Origin: Candidatus Methylomirabilia bacterium
GTDB lineage: Bacteria > Methylomirabilota > Methylomirabilia > Rokubacteriales > CSP1-6
NCBI GenBank assembly: GCA_046758965.1
Contig: JBHIBG010000005.1
Span: 38,596-102,595 of the forward strand
Direction of reading: 5' to 3'
Length of the DNA: 64,000 nucleotides
Both the position numbers and the translations under genes were made by a program. Position 1 is the stretch's first letter, and each line of letters opens with the position of its first letter. Positions 1 to 8,971 of the stretch are shown piece after piece. The notes beneath the pieces were generated by a model. It was given only the letters and a program-made list of their open reading frames with translations, did not search any database and was not told the origin of the DNA.

Positions 1-7
1 GCGCGGC

Positions 8-1723
8 GTGATCACGATGCGCGCCAAGGCCCATGTCGAGAAGATACGGGGAGGGCGGGAGGCTGCGGTGATCACGGAGCTTCCCTATCAGGTGAACAAG
101 GCTTCGCTGATCGAGAAGATCGCCGAGCTCAGTCGCGACAAGAAGGTCGAGGGGATCTCGGAGGTGCGCGACGAGTCGAATCGGGACGGTATCCGGGTCG
201 TCCTGGAGCTCTCCCGGGGGGAGATCCCTCAGATCGTCCTGAACCAGCTCTACAAGCACACCGCGCTCCAGTCGACCTTCGGAGTCAACATGGTGGCGCT
301 GGTAGACCGTCGCCCTCAGCTGGTGACCCTCAAGGAGATGCTGGAGGCTTTTATCCGCTTCCGGCGCGAGGTGGTGACCCGCCGGGCTCGCTACGACCTG
401 GCTCGCGCCGAGCACCGCGCGCACGTTCTCGAGGGGCTGCGGAGGGCGGTCGAGCAGATCGACCTGGTGATCCGCCTCATCCGGGGCGCCCAGCACCCCG
501 AGGCCGCCCGCGACGCCCTGATGCAGCGGCTCGAGCTGACGGAGACTCAGGCGAAGGCGATTCTCGACATGCGGCTCCAGCGGCTGACTCAGCTGGAGCG
601 CCAGAAGATCGCCGAGGAGCACGAACAGACGCTTGTGGAGATCGCCGACCTCAGAGATATCCTCGCCTCCGAGACCCGACTCATGGGGATCATCAAGGGC
701 GAGCTGGTAGTGCTGAAAGCGGAGTACGGTGACGAGCGCCGGACCGAGCTCCTCACGGAGACCTCGGAGTTCACCATCGAGGATCTGATCGCCGACGAGG
801 AGATGGCGGTCACGATCACCCGGTCGGGCTATATCAAGCGCACTCACGTGGACCTCTATCGGAGCCAACGCCGGGGCGGCAAGGGCGTCACCGGAATGGA
901 GACGAGGGAAGAGGACCTGGTTACGGATCTCTTCGTCGCCACGACGCACTCCTCGCTTCTCTTCTTCACCAACCTCGGCAAGGTCCATTGGCTCAAGGTG
1001 CACGAGATCTCGGAAGGGGCGCGGCACTCGCGGGGCAAAGCTGTGGTGAACCTCCTGCAGCTGGCCGACGGGGAGCGCGTCGCCACCTGCGTGCCGGTCC
1101 GCGACTTCGAGGCGGGCCACATCTTCTTCATCACCAAGCAGGGGACAGTTAAGAAAACCGAGCTCCAGGCGTTCTCGCGACCGATGCGCGGGGGGATTCG
1201 AGCCATTACGCTGGAAGGCGGTGATGAAGTGATCGCCGCGCTTCGCACTGATGGCCAGCGCGAGGTCGTGCTGTCGACCCGACAAGGAATGCTCATCCGG
1301 TTCTCGGAGGAGGATGTGCGTTCCATGGGGCGCGCAGCCACCGGGGTCAAGGGAATCGAGCTAGAGGGAGGCGACCACGTGATCGCCGCTACCGTGGTTG
1401 ACAATGGGGCCTCGATCCTGACGGTCACGGAGCGAGGCTACGGCAAGCAGACCCCGCTCCAGGAGTACCGGCTCCAGGGTCGGGGAGGAAAGGGGATTAT
1501 CGACATCAGGACCGGGGGGCGCAACGGCGCCGTGGTGGGGATGGCCCAGGTCTGGCAGGGCGACGATATCCTGATGGTGACGACCAAGGGGAAGGTGATC
1601 CGCTTCCCGGCCGCCGAGGTCTCCTCGCAGGGGCGTAATACCTGGGGCGTCAGGGTCATCGATCTGGACCCCGACGATCACGTCGGGAGCCTGACCCGGC
1701 TGGTCGGGGAGCAGGAATCGTAG
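8..1723 (+). CDS. gyrA: DNA gyrase subunit A (5'-truncated by window edge)
   Basis: ITELPYQVNK, DESNRDGIRVVLEL and LDMRLQRLT motifs; GyrA-box QRRGGKG; C-terminal beta-pinwheel repeats. Confidence 0.97.
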   Translation: MITMRAKAHVEKIRGGREAAVITELPYQVNKASLIEKIAELSRDKKVEGISEVRDESNRDGIRVVLELSRGEIPQIVLNQLYKHTALQSTFGVNMVALVDRRPQLVTLKEMLEAFIRFRREVVTRRARYDLARAEHRAHVLEGLRRAVEQIDLVIRLIRGAQHPEAARDALMQRLELTETQAKAILDMRLQRLTQLERQKIAEEHEQTLVEIADLRDILASETRLMGIIKGELVVLKAEYGDERRTELLTETSEFTIEDLIADEEMAVTITRSGYIKRTHVDLYRSQRRGGKGVTGMETREEDLVTDLFVATTHSSLLFFTNLGKVHWLKVHEISEGARHSRGKAVVNLLQLADGERVATCVPVRDFEAGHIFFITKQGTVKKTELQAFSRPMRGGIRAITLEGGDEVIAALRTDGQREVVLSTRQGMLIRFSEEDVRSMGRAATGVKGIELEGGDHVIAATVVDNGASILTVTERGYGKQTPLQEYRLQGRGGKGIIDIRTGGRNGAVVGMAQVWQGDDILMVTTKGKVIRFPAAEVSSQGRNTWGVRVIDLDPDDHVGSLTRLVGEQES

Positions 1724-1744
1724 GCCGGCCCGCGGGGTTGATCA

Positions 1745-1768
1745 AGGCCGCTCCGGCGGCCTATTTTT
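1745..1768 (+). terminator. Rho-independent terminator-like hairpin after gyrA
   Basis: AGGCCGC-TCCG-GCGGCCT followed by ATTTTT. Confidence 0.6.
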
Positions 1769-1808
1769 GTTCCAACGCCCGCCACTCGAGGGGGAGGGGA
1801 GGGGAGCC

Positions 1809-3092
1809 GTGCTGAGCCTTAAGCTCATCCGCGAGAGCCCGGGTGAGGTTGAACGGGCGCTCCAGGCGCGCGCGCGGGAGCTCTCGCTCAAGGCCGTCCT
1901 GGAGGCCGACACGGAGAGGCGGCGGCTGCTCAGAGACGTGGAGACCCTCAAGGCCGTTCGGAACCGCGCCTCGGAGGCGATCGGCCGGGCCAAGCGCCGC
2001 GGGGAGGATCCCGTGGATGAGGTCTCCCGGATGCGGGAGGTCGGGGAGCGGATCAAGGCCCTGGACGCCGAGCTCAAGGTGGTGGACGACCAGATCCAAA
2101 CCCGCCTGCTCCAGATCCCGAACCTTCCACACCCGAGCGTTCCGTCGGGCGGGGCCGAGCAGAACCGGGAAATCCGGCGATGGGGCGAGCCCCGTCGGTT
2201 TGCTTTCGAGCCTAAGCCTCACTGGGAGCTCGGCGAGCGCCTCGGCCTCCTGGATTTTGCTCGGGCGAGCAGGATGGCCAAGTCTCGCTTCGTCGTGTTG
2301 TGGGGTCTGGCCGCACGCCTCGAGCGGGCCCTTACGCAATTCATGCTGGATCTCCACACGCGCGAGCACGGATATCGGGAGGTGTGGGTTCCTCATCTGG
2401 TCAACGCAGAGACCATGCTCGGGATGGCTCAGCTTCCCAAGTTCGAGGATCAGCTCTTCAAAATCCAGGAGCCTGAGGGCGGCCGAGCTCTCTACCTGAT
2501 CCCTACGGCGGAGGTCCCTGTGACCTGCCTCCACGCGGGCGAAATCCTTTCCGAGCAGGAGCTGCCGAAGCGCTACGTGGCCTTCACCCCGTGCTACCGG
2601 CGCGAGGCGGGGACCTACGGGCAGGATACGCGGGGGATGATCCGGCAGCACCAGTTCGATAAGGTGGAGCTGGTGAAGGTTGCGCCACCGGCCATCTCGT
2701 ACGACGAGCTCGAGGGGATGGTGAGGGACGCCGAGGAGGTGCTCAGGCGGCTTGAGCTTCCCTACCGGGTGGTGCTCCTCGCGGCCGGCGACATGGGGTT
2801 TGCGGCCGCAAAGACCTATGATCTGGAGGTGTGGCTCCCGGGAGAAGGAAAGTACCGGGAGATCTCCTCGTGCTCCAACTGCGAGGCCTTTCAGGCTCAC
2901 CGCGCGGAGATTCGGTACCGTCCGACCGGAGGAGCGAAGGCGGAGTACTGCCACACCCTGAACGGGTCAGGGGTCGCTGTCGGGCGCACGCTCGTCGCCA
3001 TCCTCGAGAACTACCAGGAGACGGACGGGAGCGTGGGGATCCCTCCGGCCCTTCGACCGTACATGGATGGCCTGGAGCGGATCTTTCCCTGA
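1809..3092 (+). CDS. serS: Serine--tRNA ligase
   Basis: LIPTAEVP, YRREAG, GMIRQHQFDKVE, EISSCSNC and HTLNGSG motifs; GTG start at 1809 after GGAG. Confidence 0.97.
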   Translation: MLSLKLIRESPGEVERALQARARELSLKAVLEADTERRRLLRDVETLKAVRNRASEAIGRAKRRGEDPVDEVSRMREVGERIKALDAELKVVDDQIQTRLLQIPNLPHPSVPSGGAEQNREIRRWGEPRRFAFEPKPHWELGERLGLLDFARASRMAKSRFVVLWGLAARLERALTQFMLDLHTREHGYREVWVPHLVNAETMLGMAQLPKFEDQLFKIQEPEGGRALYLIPTAEVPVTCLHAGEILSEQELPKRYVAFTPCYRREAGTYGQDTRGMIRQHQFDKVELVKVAPPAISYDELEGMVRDAEEVLRRLELPYRVVLLAAGDMGFAAAKTYDLEVWLPGEGKYREISSCSNCEAFQAHRAEIRYRPTGGAKAEYCHTLNGSGVAVGRTLVAILENYQETDGSVGIPPALRPYMDGLERIFP

Positions 3093-3171
3093 GAGACTTC
3101 TCTCTCGTGCAGTGTAGTCCGGGGGCCGGAGGGCCCAAGAAACGTTCGGGCACAGTTAAGAGGAGGGAACC

Positions 3172-3486
3172 ATGATCCGCGTGGCGGTGCTGTATCAGGC
3201 CAAGGCAGGGGCGAAGTTTGACCACGAGTACTACGCCGCGAAACACATGCCGATGGTGAAGGAGCGCCTCAGGAACTACGGGCTGGTGAGGACTGAGATC
3301 GACAAGGGGCTCGGCGGGGGCGCGCCGGGGGCTCCGGCGCCGTATGTCTCGATCGGCTATGTATACTTCAACTCCGTCAGTGACTTCCAGGCCGGAATGG
3401 CCAAGCACGGCCAGGAAATCATGGCGGATGTCCCGAACTATACGGACATCAGGCCTGAGGTGCAGGTGAGCGAGATCGTCGGCTGA
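3172..3486 (+). CDS. EthD family (dimeric alpha-beta barrel) protein
   Basis: FDHEYYAAKHMPMV ... IMADVPNYTDIRP signature; AGGAG RBS. Confidence 0.85.
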   Translation: MIRVAVLYQAKAGAKFDHEYYAAKHMPMVKERLRNYGLVRTEIDKGLGGGAPGAPAPYVSIGYVYFNSVSDFQAGMAKHGQEIMADVPNYTDIRPEVQVSEIVG

Positions 3487-3518
3487 CCGCGGGAGATAGC
3501 GCGGTCTCGGATGACATC

Positions 3519-3606
3519 GGAGGGGTGGCCGAGCGGCTGAAGGCGCTGGTCTTGAAAACCAGAGCCCCGCAAGGGGTCGGGGGTTCGAATCCCTCCCCCT
3601 CCGCCA
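3519..3606 (+). tRNA. tRNA-Ser(TGA)
   Basis: GGAGGGG acceptor stem, anticodon arm CTGGT-CT-TGA-AA-ACCAG, long variable arm, GTTCGAATC T-loop, GCCA end. Confidence 0.96.
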
Positions 3607-3891
3607 ATGATTTCACGAGGTTAGCCACACCAGGCCAGTCCGCAGCCGTTCGTCCGCTAGAGCCCACTTACCCGGACCGTGCCCCTTTCTTGGGCGGGGG
3701 CTCATCTGTTAACTCTGCCAATGAGGATCGGGGCAGGTGTCGGCACGGTCCAGGGACTCTAGAGAACGCAACCTCGGGTCGGGGCCGTCCACTGTCTGCG
3801 GCCTTGCTGAATGGGCCGTTCCCTCCTCCGGGGACAGGGGCTGGTGTGGGGAAGTTGGCAGCCCCAATGGTGAGCGCGAGCCGCGCGATGT

Positions 3892-4755
3892 TTATCCGTC
3901 TCCTCCGGAGTCAAGAGCCTCCGGGACGCTCGATTGCCGTTTATCAAGATGACAGGACTCAGATGGGGGCCAGTGAAGAAGAACATGAGCATAGCGGCTT
4001 GGATCCATGTCGGCCTCGGTACGCTGAAAGTACGCCTGCCAGAAACGGCCGATGTTTTCTGCCAGATCAGCTGACCGCGCGGAAGCCCCCGACACGTAGA
4101 CGCAAACGCCCGAGAGGTTGGGAATTGAACCTTTCGCGTCCAGCTCGGAAAGGATCTTTTGGGTTGTGGCTGGACTCCATGGAATCTTATCAAAACGATA
4201 GGGCGGATAATCTTCGATCATGTCCGACATCAGGACCAGGACCTTGCGTCTCGGCTCATTGTGGAAAAGTTTTTGGGCAATCAGGAGAGAACTGAGAATA
4301 TCAGTTCGCTGGCTAGAGTAACGTCTTGCAAACATCTCAGCCACCTGGGCCCGGATCGTATCCTTGAGGCGGGCCACCTGGCTGTCGATATCCTTGACCC
4401 GGCGGTTGTATTGCAGCACGTTGTCCAGCCATCCGTTGAACTCGGGTCTCGGAGGAAATGTCGCTTCGACAAGGGGACGGAAATCCGTGAGGGTCTTGTC
4501 GTTGATGGGGGCGATGAGGATTCGATCTCCCGGCGACAGAGAAGGGACGATCCACTTTGCGATGTCCTGCTCGAACAGCGCTCTGTCCTTCTTCCCGATG
4601 CTTTCGGAGAAGTCTATAAAGATGACGATCTCTGTCCCAAGTGGCGCCGTGGCCTGTGAGGAGGGTGTACATCCCGCCGCCAGGAGAAACCCTCCCATGA
4701 GTAGCAGAACAGTCCAGGCGGGTATCCGAGATGGGAATAGAGAATCAGCGACCAT
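3892..4755 (-). CDS. vWA (MIDAS) domain lipoprotein, uncharacterised
   Basis: Lipobox LAAGC; IFIDFSES (DxSxS), TDI and VLMSDM MIDAS elements; start taken at ATG 4755 (track starts at 4773). Confidence 0.75.
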   Translation of the reverse strand: MVADSLFPSRIPAWTVLLLMGGFLLAAGCTPSSQATAPLGTEIVIFIDFSESIGKKDRALFEQDIAKWIVPSLSPGDRILIAPINDKTLTDFRPLVEATFPPRPEFNGWLDNVLQYNRRVKDIDSQVARLKDTIRAQVAEMFARRYSSQRTDILSSLLIAQKLFHNEPRRKVLVLMSDMIEDYPPYRFDKIPWSPATTQKILSELDAKGSIPNLSGVCVYVSGASARSADLAENIGRFWQAYFQRTEADMDPSRYAHVLLHWPPSESCHLDKRQSSVPEALDSGGDG

Positions 4756-5761
4756 CAGGAGGACCCCCTGCACTGTTCAGGGAAACCTCCGGCCACCATT
4801 GCAACTCGCGGAACTCGGGATTTTTTCTAAACGAAGGTGGAGGCAGCAAGCGGCGGAACCGCATGTTCGTCTGACGGTAGAGAGCGATACGCTGACTGGC
4901 TAGCGCTCTGACTTGTTCAATCTGGCTTTTGGCCCTTTCGATCTCCCCGTTAAGCTTGGTGCCGATCCGGAAGAGTTTTCTTCGAACGGCGTTTCTCTTC
5001 CGGTCCAGAAAGACGAGGGAGTTGTGGGAGGTGTCCAGCTTTTCGTCAGGGTCATGGGCGAAGAAGGAGCTCACCATGGCTCCACAGAACACCAGCGCGT
5101 TGAGCGCGAAGAGAGCATACGCCAGGTTCCCCTGGTCTGCCGGCGCCGGCCCGGGTTCGGAGACCTGAGAGAAAATATAGGCATTCCGCAGCATGCTGAC
5201 TGCAAAGAGGGCCGCTCCTACGGTGACCGGGATCAAAATCCCGACGAGGACGTTTCCGGCGATTCGCGGAATCGACTGCCTCAGGTGGATACCGATGAAG
5301 AGCCCGAGCAGGGGGATGATGATGGCGAGGGTGGACGCCATGACATACGTGAGGTACTCCGCTTCGCCGAACAACCGAAAGACAATGGTGTTCAAGGGAA
5401 ATTCGCCGATCGCCAGGAACAGGATCAGAAGCAGATGGTACATGTATGGGAAAGGAGCCGCGAGCTCCCGCCCCAATTCGCTCTTCCTGGTCGTGTACAG
5501 ATCGACGATTGCATTGAGCCGGGATTCAAGGTCTTCCAAACGTTTCTTGTAGGGTTCGAAGACGGGCTGGAGCTTTGCGATACGGAGCGACGCTTTCTGG
5601 TATATCCGCTGGACCTCTTGTTCTGCGTGAGCGATCAGCACCTGCTCAAACTGCGCAGGCATATACGACCCCATCTCGGGGATATTTCTCTCGCCGTCTT
5701 TCTGGCCTTCAGCCTGGATGCGGCTCTCGTCCGTAAGGGGAAGGGATGTCTTTGTCCACAT
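4745..5761 (-). CDS. Uncharacterised 4-TM membrane protein with N- and C-terminal coiled coils
   Basis: Four hydrophobic segments flanked by charged helical regions; overlaps the downstream vWA gene. Confidence 0.75.
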   Translation of the reverse strand: MWTKTSLPLTDESRIQAEGQKDGERNIPEMGSYMPAQFEQVLIAHAEQEVQRIYQKASLRIAKLQPVFEPYKKRLEDLESRLNAIVDLYTTRKSELGRELAAPFPYMYHLLLILFLAIGEFPLNTIVFRLFGEAEYLTYVMASTLAIIIPLLGLFIGIHLRQSIPRIAGNVLVGILIPVTVGAALFAVSMLRNAYIFSQVSEPGPAPADQGNLAYALFALNALVFCGAMVSSFFAHDPDEKLDTSHNSLVFLDRKRNAVRRKLFRIGTKLNGEIERAKSQIEQVRALASQRIALYRQTNMRFRRLLPPPSFRKNPEFRELQWWPEVSLNSAGGPPDGR

Positions 5762-5789
5762 GGTTGCTCTTTGAGTCTAGGGAGTGGCG

Positions 5790-6107
5790 CTATGTGGTGA
5801 TTTCGTGTTTCCTGAGAAGCGATGTCAGCTCGTCGAGCAGGAACTTCACGTTGTCCAAAACCGTGTCCTCCGTTGAGGAGAGATCGGTCATGGCCTTCAT
5901 CATTCCTTGGTATTCGACTCTCAACTGGGAGAGGGTGTGGTGAATCGTATCCAGGCTGTTTCGGAGTTGGTCCCGGTCCTGTTTCAGGGAATGCCAGCGC
6001 TTTTGGAGCGCCTCCAGCTGGTCGCGCATGTCGCTGGATTGCTGAACCAGTTCCTTGTAGTGACCGATGGCCTCAATGATGCGTTTGACTTCGGTGTCAC
6101 TCAGCAT
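5790..6107 (-). CDS. Small coiled-coil hypothetical protein
   Basis: Heptad-like L/Q/E/K composition; GGAG RBS upstream; 28 bp from the next gene. Confidence 0.65.
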   Translation of the reverse strand: MLSDTEVKRIIEAIGHYKELVQQSSDMRDQLEALQKRWHSLKQDRDQLRNSLDTIHHTLSQLRVEYQGMMKAMTDLSSTEDTVLDNVKFLLDELTSLLRKHEITT

Positions 6108-6284
6108 TGCCCAACTCCCTTTCTATGAGGTGTGCTTCGTGGACGGCGTGGGGAGAGACTTGGGAGAAGCTGAAGGGGCTGGCGACGCGGCCACCCTACT
6201 CGACCGCTTCGTCTTCCTCGAGGCACAACACCCCCCCCGTCTGCCACACTCCCTCCTTCTCGACTCCGGTGCCGCAGTAGGGAG

Positions 6285-6300
6285 TACAAACCCCGTGCCA
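6285..6300 (-). promoter_or_regulatory. Putative sigma54 (-24/-12) promoter
   Basis: Minus strand TGGCAC-GGGGT-TTGTA versus consensus TGGCAC-N5-TTGCW (one mismatch). Confidence 0.5.
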
Positions 6301-6477
6301 ACCTAACATACCCATGCGACATCGCATGGCAACACGCCGAAAAATAGAAGAATTTCGTCAAGCACCGCCGAGGCTTCCAGGGTGGGAGCTAGCTGGCAGG
6401 GCGGCAAAAATGGTCAGACTGGCAAAGAATCGTGGGAATACGTCCGTGGAGTGGAGAACCGGAGGGCAAGAACAAGC

Positions 6478-6975
6478 TCACCATGGAAGGCGCAGGGAAG
6501 AGTTCCAGATCGCGGCTCCCGCTGCTACCGCGAGGAGGACGAGTATCACGGCCAGCAGCGCCCGCCGCCAAGGGCTCCGCTTGGCGCGTTTCGCCGTGGT
6601 CGCCCTTGCGCCAGCAGCCCGGGGCTTGATCCGGACCCGGTCCGCCCGTATCGGCTCAGCGACGTTCTTGGCGCCGCGCTCGCCCAGCGATTCAGACTCC
6701 ATGCTCCACCCTGTTTGTCCGGATCGGACCGGGTGGTACAGCTCGCCCTTGATGATGCGAACCCCCAAATGCGTGATCGAAATGTCTCCACCAAGGGTGG
6801 CGAACCGGAGCAACCGTTCCTCATCGAGGTATTGCGCGACCATGCTCGTTTCTTGACGCGCGAAACCCAGTCTTTCCCCTAACGCCCACATATTGACAGT
6901 GGCGGATTGGCTCCCTTCCGTCTCTTGGCATAAGGCGTGGAGATAAACGAATCGCTTGTGTTTGAGCTCGTCCAT
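6478..6975 (-). CDS. Winged-helix-like N-terminal domain with C-terminal TM anchor
   Basis: MWALGERLGF...YLDEERLL...GGDISITHLG (wHTH wing-like); basic linker; ALLAVILVLLAVAAGAAIW helix. Confidence 0.6.
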   Translation of the reverse strand: MDELKHKRFVYLHALCQETEGSQSATVNMWALGERLGFARQETSMVAQYLDEERLLRFATLGGDISITHLGVRIIKGELYHPVRSGQTGWSMESESLGERGAKNVAEPIRADRVRIKPRAAGARATTAKRAKRSPWRRALLAVILVLLAVAAGAAIWNSSLRLPW

Positions 6976-7032
6976 GGCGCACCCATCTGGAGCGTGGTGG
7001 CGAGCACGAGGGAACCCGGCAGGATTCCGAGC

Positions 7033-7620
7033 CTATAGAGCCTTGACCTTGAAATGTGTCCGGCGGTTCCGGGCCCAGCACGCCTCGTTGGTCTTCGTGC
7101 AGACCGGGTGCTCCTCGCCGTAGCTAGTGATTGTGATCCGATTGGCAGCCACGCCCTGGGCGATGAGGTAGCTCTTCGTGGATTCCGCCCGGCGTTCGCC
7201 GAGGGCCTGGTTGTACTCGTTGGTCCCTCGCTCGTCGGCGTGCCCTTCGATGAGGATCAGATAGTCGGGGTTGGCCTCCATCCACTTGGCGTTCTCGTCC
7301 AGGGTCGTGACGTCGTCCGGGCGGATGCCGTACCTATCGAAGTCGAAATGCAGGTCCTTGAGGTCAGGCCTGACATGGAACTCTCGGGGGGACGGCGGCA
7401 CGAGAGGCGAAGCCTCAATGCTGCCCGAACCACGCGGCTCGCCGGGAGCGCTCGAAGCCACAACGTCGAGGTCTGACGCGTCCGGCTTCGCGATGACCTG
7501 GCCGTCTGTGGAGTCGCTCCCGCCGCCCGCGGACGTGGGCGACTGGTTGCAGCCCGCGAGTGCTCCGGCGGCAAATACGGAAACCAAGATGAAGAATCCT
7601 ACACGCGCAACTCTGTCCAC
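7033..7620 (-). CDS. Pal-like OmpA-domain peptidoglycan-associated lipoprotein
   Basis: Lipobox LAGC; HFDFD, IEGHADERGTNEYNQALGERRA and SYGEEHP motifs; GTG 7620 after GGAGG. Confidence 0.88.
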   Translation of the reverse strand: MDRVARVGFFILVSVFAAGALAGCNQSPTSAGGGSDSTDGQVIAKPDASDLDVVASSAPGEPRGSGSIEASPLVPPSPREFHVRPDLKDLHFDFDRYGIRPDDVTTLDENAKWMEANPDYLILIEGHADERGTNEYNQALGERRAESTKSYLIAQGVAANRITITSYGEEHPVCTKTNEACWARNRRTHFKVKAL

Positions 7621-7884
7621 CTCGCACCTCCCACTCCCTGCCACGCGGCGGGGTTGTTCTCGTTGAGAACTGTCCGGGCGTTGGGTTTGCAACCAGGGTG
7701 CCACCCGCAGAAGACTCGATAGAAGCACTTTCAAATGGAGGTGTTAGATCTTGCATATTGTGAGCTGCTGGAGGCCGGAGTTGTGCCAGAGTGGCAAAAT
7801 ATGACACATTGGTCTCATCAGTTGAAATGCTGGAGCGGTTGAAGCTCACCAACAGGTCAAAATGCCGGTAGGGTGTGGGCCGGG

Positions 7885-8207
7885 TCCGCCTTTGAACGGA
7901 TCGGTGCGGATCCGTACGCGGCCGCCGAATGTTTCAGCTGCTGCGCCACGCCGGGGTCGAGGAGCTGGAATTTCGGCCCTGTCTGGTTGGGGCAACGAGC
8001 AGCGATCCCCTGGTCGACTACTTGCCGGACACCACCAGATCGGTTCGACAGCTGATTATCGACTACGGGCTGATGACGGGGGCTGAGCTGGAGGAAGCGT
8101 CGGGAACGTGCAGGCGTCACCTTGCCGACCTCGATACGATCACCACGTCGGTGGTTGTCATTCAGCTCTGGGGCCGCAAACCGGCCTGCCGAGCGGAAGC
8201 GCGGTGA
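7885..8207 (+). pseudogene. C-terminal remnant of a class I SAM methyltransferase, frameshifted
   Basis: AFERIGADPYA in one frame continues as RMFQLLRHAG...IQLWGRKP in another; no N-terminal SAM-binding part. Confidence 0.5.
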
Positions 8208-8267
8208 AATCGCCCGGCCTTGGCTGGTGGCTTCGAAATGCTTTATAGTAGGCTCTGCTGATCCTGT

Positions 8268-8361
8268 GGAGAGGTGGCCGAGTTGGCCGAAGGCAGCCGC
8301 CTGCTAAGCGGTTACAGGGGGAAGACCTCTGTCCCGGGTTCGAATCCCGGCCTCTCCGCCA
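8268..8361 (+). tRNA. tRNA-Ser(GCT)
   Basis: Anticodon arm CCGC-CT-GCT-AA-GCGG, long variable arm, CCA end. Confidence 0.96.
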
Positions 8362-8363
8362 CC

Positions 8364-8440
8364 GCGCCCATAGCTCAGATGGATAGAGCGTCGGACTACG
8401 AATCCGAAGGCCAGAGGTTCGAATCCTCTTGGGCGCGCCA
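8364..8440 (+). tRNA. tRNA-Arg(ACG)
   Basis: GCGCCCA acceptor stem, TCGGA-CT-ACG-AA-TCCGA anticodon arm, CCA end. Confidence 0.96.
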
Positions 8441-8451
8441 GACGGGGCGGG

Positions 8452-8478
8452 GATTGGGGGGGCGGTGCCCCCCCAATC
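8452..8478. repeat. Perfect 12-bp inverted repeat with G/C-run arms
   Basis: GATTGGGGGGGC-GGT-GCCCCCCCAATC. Confidence 0.7.
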
Positions 8479-8494
8479 ATCCCCACGCGCGCAG

Positions 8495-8962
8495 ATGAAT
8501 CGGAGTCGCGATAGCGAGTTGATGCGAGAGGCGCTGGCCGAGGCCCGCCACGCGCTGGGCGAGCGTGAGGTTCCGATTGGAGCGGTGGTGGTTCTCGACG
8601 GGGAGGTGATCGGGCGGGGGCACAACGCCTCCATCAGGCGGCGGGACCCCACGGCCCATGCCGAGATAGCGGCGCTGCGCGGGGCGGCGGTGGAGCGGGG
8701 CAACCATCGGTTGGCCGGGTCCACGCTCTACGTGACGGTGGAACCGTGCCCCATGTGTGCGGGGGCGTGCCTTCTGGCGCGGGTGGGGCGCGTGGTGTAC
8801 GGGGCGCCGGACCCGAAGGCCGGCTCCGCGGTTTCGCTCTACCGGCTCCTGGAGGATCCCCGGCTGAACCACCAGGCCGAGGTGAGGGGTGGAGTGCTGG
8901 CCGAGGAGTGCGCGGCGCTTCTGCGGGAGTTTTTCAACGATCGAAGGAAGCGAAGGAGATGA
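8495..8962 (+). CDS. tadA: tRNA adenosine(34) deaminase
   Basis: EVPIGAVV, DPTAHAE, TVEPCPMC and LNH motifs. Confidence 0.95.
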   Translation: MNRSRDSELMREALAEARHALGEREVPIGAVVVLDGEVIGRGHNASIRRRDPTAHAEIAALRGAAVERGNHRLAGSTLYVTVEPCPMCAGACLLARVGRVVYGAPDPKAGSAVSLYRLLEDPRLNHQAEVRGGVLAEECAALLREFFNDRRKRRR

Positions 8963-8971
8963 AAGTGGCGC

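Noticed and set aside
3519..3606. tRNA with TGA anticodon as tRNA-Sec or opal suppressor
   Set aside because: Anticodon UGA reads UCA (Ser); tRNA-Sec needs anticodon UCA and an extended acceptor stem. No selC was seen in this window.
3525..4295. 256-aa ORF starting inside tRNA-Ser, and ORFs overlapping the tRNA/SRP cluster
   Set aside because: They are translations of RNA genes or antisense to real CDSs.
3892..7620. Calling the insert a Zorya or Tol-Pal system
   Set aside because: There is no MotA/TolQ-like channel motif, the OmpA protein is a lipoprotein rather than a TM-Asp MotB/ZorB type, and zorC/D/E and tolABQR are absent.
7770..7790. Sigma54 promoter upstream of the Pal-like gene (CTGGCAC on the minus strand)
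   Set aside because: No TTGC-like -12 element at the required spacing.
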